Assembly (NCBI RefSeq): GCF_000981445.1
Contig: NC_027219.1
Location: forward strand, 124,001-188,000
Length of the DNA stretch: 64,000 nucleotides
Direction: 5' to 3'
Source of the DNA: Babesia bigemina
Lineage: Eukaryota
The translations under genes were made by a program, and so were the position numbers. The notes below the pieces were generated by a model. That model ran no database searches, was not told the DNA's origin, and saw only the letters and a program-made list of their open reading frames with translations. Shown here in pieces: positions 58,359 to 64,000 of this stretch (position 1 is its first letter; each line of letters starts with the position of its first letter).

Positions 58359-58567
58359 ACTGATCACACGGTAAAGATATTACATATTTTATTTTTAAAA
58401 ATCGTAATTGCCTATGGTGTATGTTCAATGCATTCGTAGACAAACCCGACTGGATGCGTGCCTTCTACACACCCTACCCGGCATGAGGAATCCACGTGGG
58501 CGAGTTTCGCAGCTAACCTTGTCAGGTACCGTATCTTGGCAATACATATGTAGTTTTGTCGCAAAGA

Positions 58568-61500
58568 ATGGCTTCGTTCAATCAGAAACTATTCCTACAG
58601 TGTTTCGATCAGCTCGCCGATGTCGATTCTCTGCGTCGCAATCAGGCGGTTGATCGGCTCCTGACGTACCTGGCGTTACCGCCTAGCGCTTCGGAATCTG
58701 ATAACAAACATTCTAAGAGCGATGCGGATGCTAGATCAGCCTCCAAGTCTCAAGCCCTAAACCCCCTCTCTGCGCAGCGCAATTACAGGTTTAGGTTCAC
58801 TGTGAATGACCACAACTTACTGCAATACACAGTGGATCGGCTTTTACGTGGCCTCACAGCTGACAGAAAGGGTTCACGTCAAGGATTCACCGTGGCGCTA
58901 CTCTCTGTGCTGTCGCTGCATGGTGACAACATTAAGTGGCAGACCATTTCGGAGGCGGCGCTAGAGTACACCTCGACAAAAGACCTAACAACTTCCGAGG
59001 TTAAGGGTGAGTCATATGAGTAACACATTATGATCTCGTAGATGTCTTGTGTGGGCGGTTGGTCGCGTTTTTCATCATACAAAAAAGTGGATTCTTCTGC
59101 ACACAGGAAGCACTACCGGAATTAGAAAAGGTTATACTGAGCATATGGGAGGCTTACGATGACAAGACCTATTTCCAGGACGCGTCGTGCGTATTGCTGT
59201 TTCTTATATGCAGGGATGTTTTCAGGTGGGTGTTTGCGCGCATCGTGTACGATCCTAATATGCTATGCAGGGCTACACAAGATGTGGAATTGGCACTTCG
59301 CCATATATCTCCCAGGTTATCAGCGGTGCTTGATGCGAACTTTGTTGACGCAGTATTGAAGAGCAATAACTGCGAAGGTCAAGATAAAGGGAAGGAATTC
59401 AGTAAGGCTATTTTGGCAGCCGTTGGCAAATCCATTCCTGGTGTACTTCCGTGTGATCTGTTGGGGTTATATCTGAGGATGTACAGCTACATTGAATCTG
59501 TCGATAAGGATTTGCTGAAAGGAACTGTTCTGAATAAAGCGCCTTTAGATGAGGATAATTTCCCCCTGGTTTTGCGATACGTATCCTGCACTCCCAGGAA
59601 CCATCCAATAATTGGTTCTTTCTTTGACACGCTGATGAATGTCATAATGCTGAATGAGCATAATGAGCCTAGGTTGTTGCAATTGTGGAATTCCATCAAC
59701 CTAACAATGTTGAACTCACAGGGGAGCAACAGCCCTCAGCGGACATTCACAGCGTTAAGGCTATTAGCGCTGATTATTCTCAAAGTTCGACATTCTCCAA
59801 CGCTTATACATGCTCTTTTAACGTCGTGTGACGATATATACAAAACCATTTCCTATTACCATAAAGCCTCCAAGAAAGATCCCGTAAAAGATATCTCATC
59901 GTACGTGCTTAAACTCCTCGTCAGCGTATTACACGGAGACGTTCATTTAGCAACGTTGAATAAGGTTGGTGGTGCTGTGAATCCAATTGTGAACGATTTC
60001 ATGGTCTTCACGGGCATGAATTGCCTCTTCGAGGATGCATCCACTGACGTAAGAAACCTCTGGCAACAAGAGTCTAGCTCGGCGTTAAATTCCCCAAATT
60101 CAGCAATAAAGAAGTCTAACAACGTAAAAAAAGTTAATGCAAGTGAAACCAAAAAGGAGCACAGGGTTTCCTTTACTGATGTGGATGTGCCCAAGCTTCC
60201 AGCAGATGCAGTAGTAGATTGTTTGCACAAGATTGCCAGTGCTGTAGATTTCTCTGCTTCCTCTCTAACAGCATTCCAGAGCCTATTTGCCGCCCTAATA
60301 CGTTCCAGTGCAGATGTCCTTGCTACATATGGCCTGCTAGAATCTACCGCTGTAAACATTAATATTGGGTCCAATGCGAAGCGTTTCTATTGGTTATTGT
60401 CTATGCTTCAGCAATGCGTTTGGGTATCCCATAAGGTTACACGTATTGAATTGTTGAAGCTATATATAACGAGCAATGCATTGTGTGCCTCTATGTCGGG
60501 TGCGGCCTCATCAGGTTTACAACTTTCCATTGCCCGTATCTCACTCGATGATGACGAATTCAGGATGGCTATTGTGTCAGAAAATAATGTAGGAGGCGGG
60601 GTAACTAGTGCTACTTTGCCAGATGAGACGAATGATGATTCCGCCAACACGCTACAATTGCTTTCGAAACACATGCTAAATTCCTGTCTGGCTACATTGT
60701 CTAAGGCTTTACAAGCTTTGCCAAACAGTAGAATTGAGCATGTGAAAGGTCCTCGTCCAATGGTTATCGAAATCGTAAATACTTCAAAAGTCATTCGCAA
60801 CGTCTACCGTTTGTTGGAATTAGTGTATAATCGCTCAGATTATACCGTGATGGAGCCAAAATTAGAGGGGGAACTGCCACTAGTTGAATTCAAAGTATCT
60901 CCAAAAGAAAAACAGTCTAAGCGAAAGGCTGACCATAAAGATGAGGCTGGTAGTGAAACTCTGCTCCATGTTTCCAAGAGGCTAGTCGAGTTCAGTTTGA
61001 AACTTGAGAAAGACAACGAGGACCACAGGTTGACTGTCCTATCCTTATACTACTCCACTTTGGCATTATTGCTTATAGTATTGCATCATAGGTCGTCACA
61101 TCTAGGGAGACTTTCTCACGGTGCCGCACAAGCTGACGACTCTAAGCCCTTATTTTCTGAAGATAACATGGATGTCATTATAGCATTCGCGAAATTGTGT
61201 GAGAATGCTGCTTCGTCTGGAAGTACGTCATTTGATTCCATAATTAGTGGCATATTGACAAAAACGCTAATACGTACAATAATTTGTGAGGATAACTCGT
61301 CAGTATTTGGGTTGTTGCATACTATCTCGAAGGGAATCTGGTATATGTCGAAGAATCAGGTCAATGAAGAGTTGCGTGACGTGTTGCTGCGGAATTCAAT
61401 ACTCAATACTGACGAGCAAGAGGCGTACGACACTGATGACGAATCGGATTCTGACGACTCTAGTGAATCAGAGTCGGTGACGGATAATGAGGAGTCAAAT

Positions 61501-63015
61501 GGTATGGATGTCGATTTCGCTACTGAGGAAAATGAAGATAGTGAGGAGGAATACGAGAACCATGACCACGATGATAGTGAAGTTGACGATGATGATGATG
61601 AGGAGGACGACGACGACGATGAAGAAGGGACTGATGAAGATAGTGAGGAGGAAATTGATGAATTTGACGTTGAGCAAAGTCTTGATCAGCCTCCTTCTAA
61701 GAAGGTAAAGCGCGAAAGCAAGGAGGATGAGGCAGATGAATCTGACCTTGAGCTGTCCACCGCCGAGGCTATCGATGAACTGTTGAAGGATGAGAGTGGT
61801 AATATCGAAACGCTACGCATGGAGCGTATGAAGATGCGTTCATCATTCATTTTTTCCCCCGACTCACTAAAACCTAAGATTCGTAATCTCGAGATGCTAC
61901 AATCATGCATATCAGAATGCGCCTTAGGACCTTGGTATCTTAACGCAGTTAACCATCTGTTCTCGTCGTATCAAACAGCAGTTCGCGCCAACGCTGGTGG
62001 TAGCGTGGATAAGAGGAGTCAAGTTGTTGTGTCTGAATACATCAGCAAGTTGACCAAGGTTCTAAGCCACGCGCTGCAGCAGTTTGCGAGGCCCCTTGCG
62101 AACCAAACGTCTGGAAAATCTAATCAAGAGGGTGAATCTGATGAGTCTAAAACGAAAGTGAAATTTGATGATCCAAAGGGGATGCTGGACTCGCTGTTGG
62201 ATTTAGCGATACAAAGTATCAATAGCCAACGGGCAGAGAAGACCTCAAAAGCATGCCGCTCGCTGGCGGTGGCAGTTTTAGTATTCGCCATACAAGTGGA
62301 ATCGATGGTCAGTGATGGAGCTCCGGTTCAAACCACTATGGTTATATTGGTTGCACTGTTGTCTATCTGCATGTTTAAGAAGTCTCGACTAAGTACAAGT
62401 TTCTTCTTGCAGCTTTGCAATCGCCACCCGAGTGTATTCGCAAGCTTTAACATGGTAAATATTTCTCTGGAATCCAAGGTGGACTTTGTGCAGTCCGAAG
62501 TGCTGTCGGTTTGCGCTAGTGCTGTGAGTGCAATCGCAGCAAGCAACAAGGTCAAACCTAAGCGTCTGTGCCGTCGAAAGTGCGGGAAAATTCTCTCGCA
62601 AATGGAGCCTGAAATCGATTGGTTATTCCACGGTGCACCGTTTGACAAGGCTAAGATCATATCATTCGTAACTGATAACCTCGTAGCAGATGTGCTTAAA
62701 TCTCTACCCGATCTGTTAAGTCGCATGAAAGAAGGCGCAGATATTTCCACGATCGACAGCGAACCACAAGAATCTGGTAAACGGAAGTTGAAGGCGCGGT
62801 CTGTTTCTCCGCAGCTTGCAGCGTCGGCCGGGCGACTTGTAACCGTTGTAGTTCGGTCCGACGCCATTAAGCCGGAGCACAAGACAGTTATGCAGAATAT
62901 TAAGGGCTCCATGGAGAGTCTTCTGGAAACTCTGCGCGCAGTTAACGTAAAAGAAAAGCAGCTCCAACCGTTGAGTCACGCCCTGTCGCAGCTTTGCGCT
63001 CGATTGGGGGAGTAG
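58568..63015 (+). CDS. DNA polymerase phi / MYBBP1A (Pol5)-like nucleolar protein
   Basis: FDQLA....RRNQAV..LL and LQYTVDRLLRGL...RKGSRQGFTVAL are the Pol5/MYBBP1A N-terminal signature. A long acidic tract lies near 61430-61700, and an intron near 59008-59043. Confidence 0.8.
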
Positions 63016-63368
63016 CAGCAGGTTGGCTCCATTGCGACCCTCTCATGAGTACACATCGCAATGTTACTTTCTAGCGACACCGTTATAACGTGAAGTTGAT
63101 AGTCAACACATTCATCGTTGTCTGTTTGTTTCATATTCGCGCGTCGGACGCACGCATGGTCGGCGATGACGTTCGTTGTCCGTTCCGTCGCTAATGCAGC
63201 GGAGTATTGCTCTCAGCTCTGGATGTGTGTGGGCCATGCTGTCATATATTCGCTCCCAGTAGAGTTTTACTCAACCAACGGGTTAGGCTGAGGTGGCTGA
63301 GCCTCGGCACTGAACTTTCGGTGTTTTTCTTCTGATGTCACCCATTCTACTGCGCCATTCAGATCACC

Positions 63369-64000
63369 ATGTTTACAGCTTCGGGATTGTGTTGCGTAGG
63401 TCGTGGAAAATCGGGGGATGATCAGTTAGCCGATTCTGACTTCTTGGATATTGACGATGCTATGCGTGAAGCGGACGACGTCCGTGAGGAATGGCAATGG
63501 CTGAGTATTCGGTGCGAACGTCGTTTAAACGAGCAGTTACACTTCTACCAGCAGGAGATTACGGAACGATGCGATGAGCTGCTGGCGAATGCATCGACGC
63601 CCACGGACCCTTCCGTCTACGGCAGCTATGTTCCGAAACTCATTCGACGGTTCATCCATGGACGCCTGGGCTCTACTAATCCTTCGCCGCGCCATATAGC
63701 AAACTGCTACGCTGTTACAGTCTTCTGTGACGTTAGCGGATTCACAGCTCTGGCGGAGGCTATTGAGAAGTCAGGCGACCCTGAGGCCGCGGCCACGCTT
63801 GGGCGTTCTCTGAACTGCTTTTTCGACCCCCTGATTTGCATTATAAACCGTTGGGGCGGTGATATTATGAAATTCGCAGGGGACGCTGTGCTAGTCGCGT
63901 GGTTCATTAACGAGAACTATGAGACATCCGATTGCGCAGTTGATTTGGAAAACAATGCGGAAGAATCCGAAGAAAATTATATATCACCCATATACAGTTC
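63369..64000 (+). CDS. Soluble-type adenylyl cyclase (AC-beta-like), N-terminal part; runs off the window end, not in ORF track
   Basis: Open frame from ATG 63369: SYVPKLI...AVTVFCDVSGFTALAE...LNCFFDPLICIINRWGGDIMKFAGDAVLVAW, the class III sAC C1 signature. Confidence 0.92.
   Translation, partial: MFTASGLCCVGRGKSGDDQLADSDFLDIDDAMREADDVREEWQWLSIRCERRLNEQLHFYQQEITERCDELLANASTPTDPSVYGSYVPKLIRRFIHGRLGSTNPSPRHIANCYAVTVFCDVSGFTALAEAIEKSGDPEAAATLGRSLNCFFDPLICIINRWGGDIMKFAGDAVLVAWFINENYETSDCAVDLENNAEESEENYISPIYS

Noticed and set aside
61430..61700. GAT/GAC/GAG-rich microsatellite-like tract
   Set aside because: It is an ordinary acidic coding tract of the Pol5/MYBBP1A family.

Overview
Gene-dense eukaryotic chromosomal DNA from an apicomplexan piroplasm, most consistent with Babesia (B. 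bovis-like). Evidence: many ~35-45 nt introns, very short intergenic gaps, apicoplast-type leader peptides and s48/45 6-Cys proteins. About 30 protein-coding genes are recognisable. They include a DEAD-box-like helicase and a soluble adenylyl cyclase truncated by the window edges and absent from the ORF track. Others are HIBCH/mS47-like, GRASP, RsmD, G3BP-like, acetyl-CoA transporter, TilS, ATG3, a TBC GAP, an S1/P1-nuclease-like membrane protein, CKS, PRP38, TCAB1, uL2m, NOP14, frataxin, RPA2, a MIF4G protein, PIG-V and Pol5/MYBBP1A. There are also two tRNA-Ser genes. The standout is a dispersed trio of ~950-aa 6-Cys paralogs (29.3-49.3 kb) interleaved with essential housekeeping genes. They share a ~1.27-kb near-identical, GC-enriched core, show patchwork pairwise identity elsewhere, and have shuffled duplicated flanks, including a perfect 393-bp upstream element. 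This is the signature of segmental gene conversion. A fourth, divergent 6-Cys gene lies nearby on the other strand. Gene models were spliced by eye, so exon boundaries and some starts are approximate. No database searches were run.
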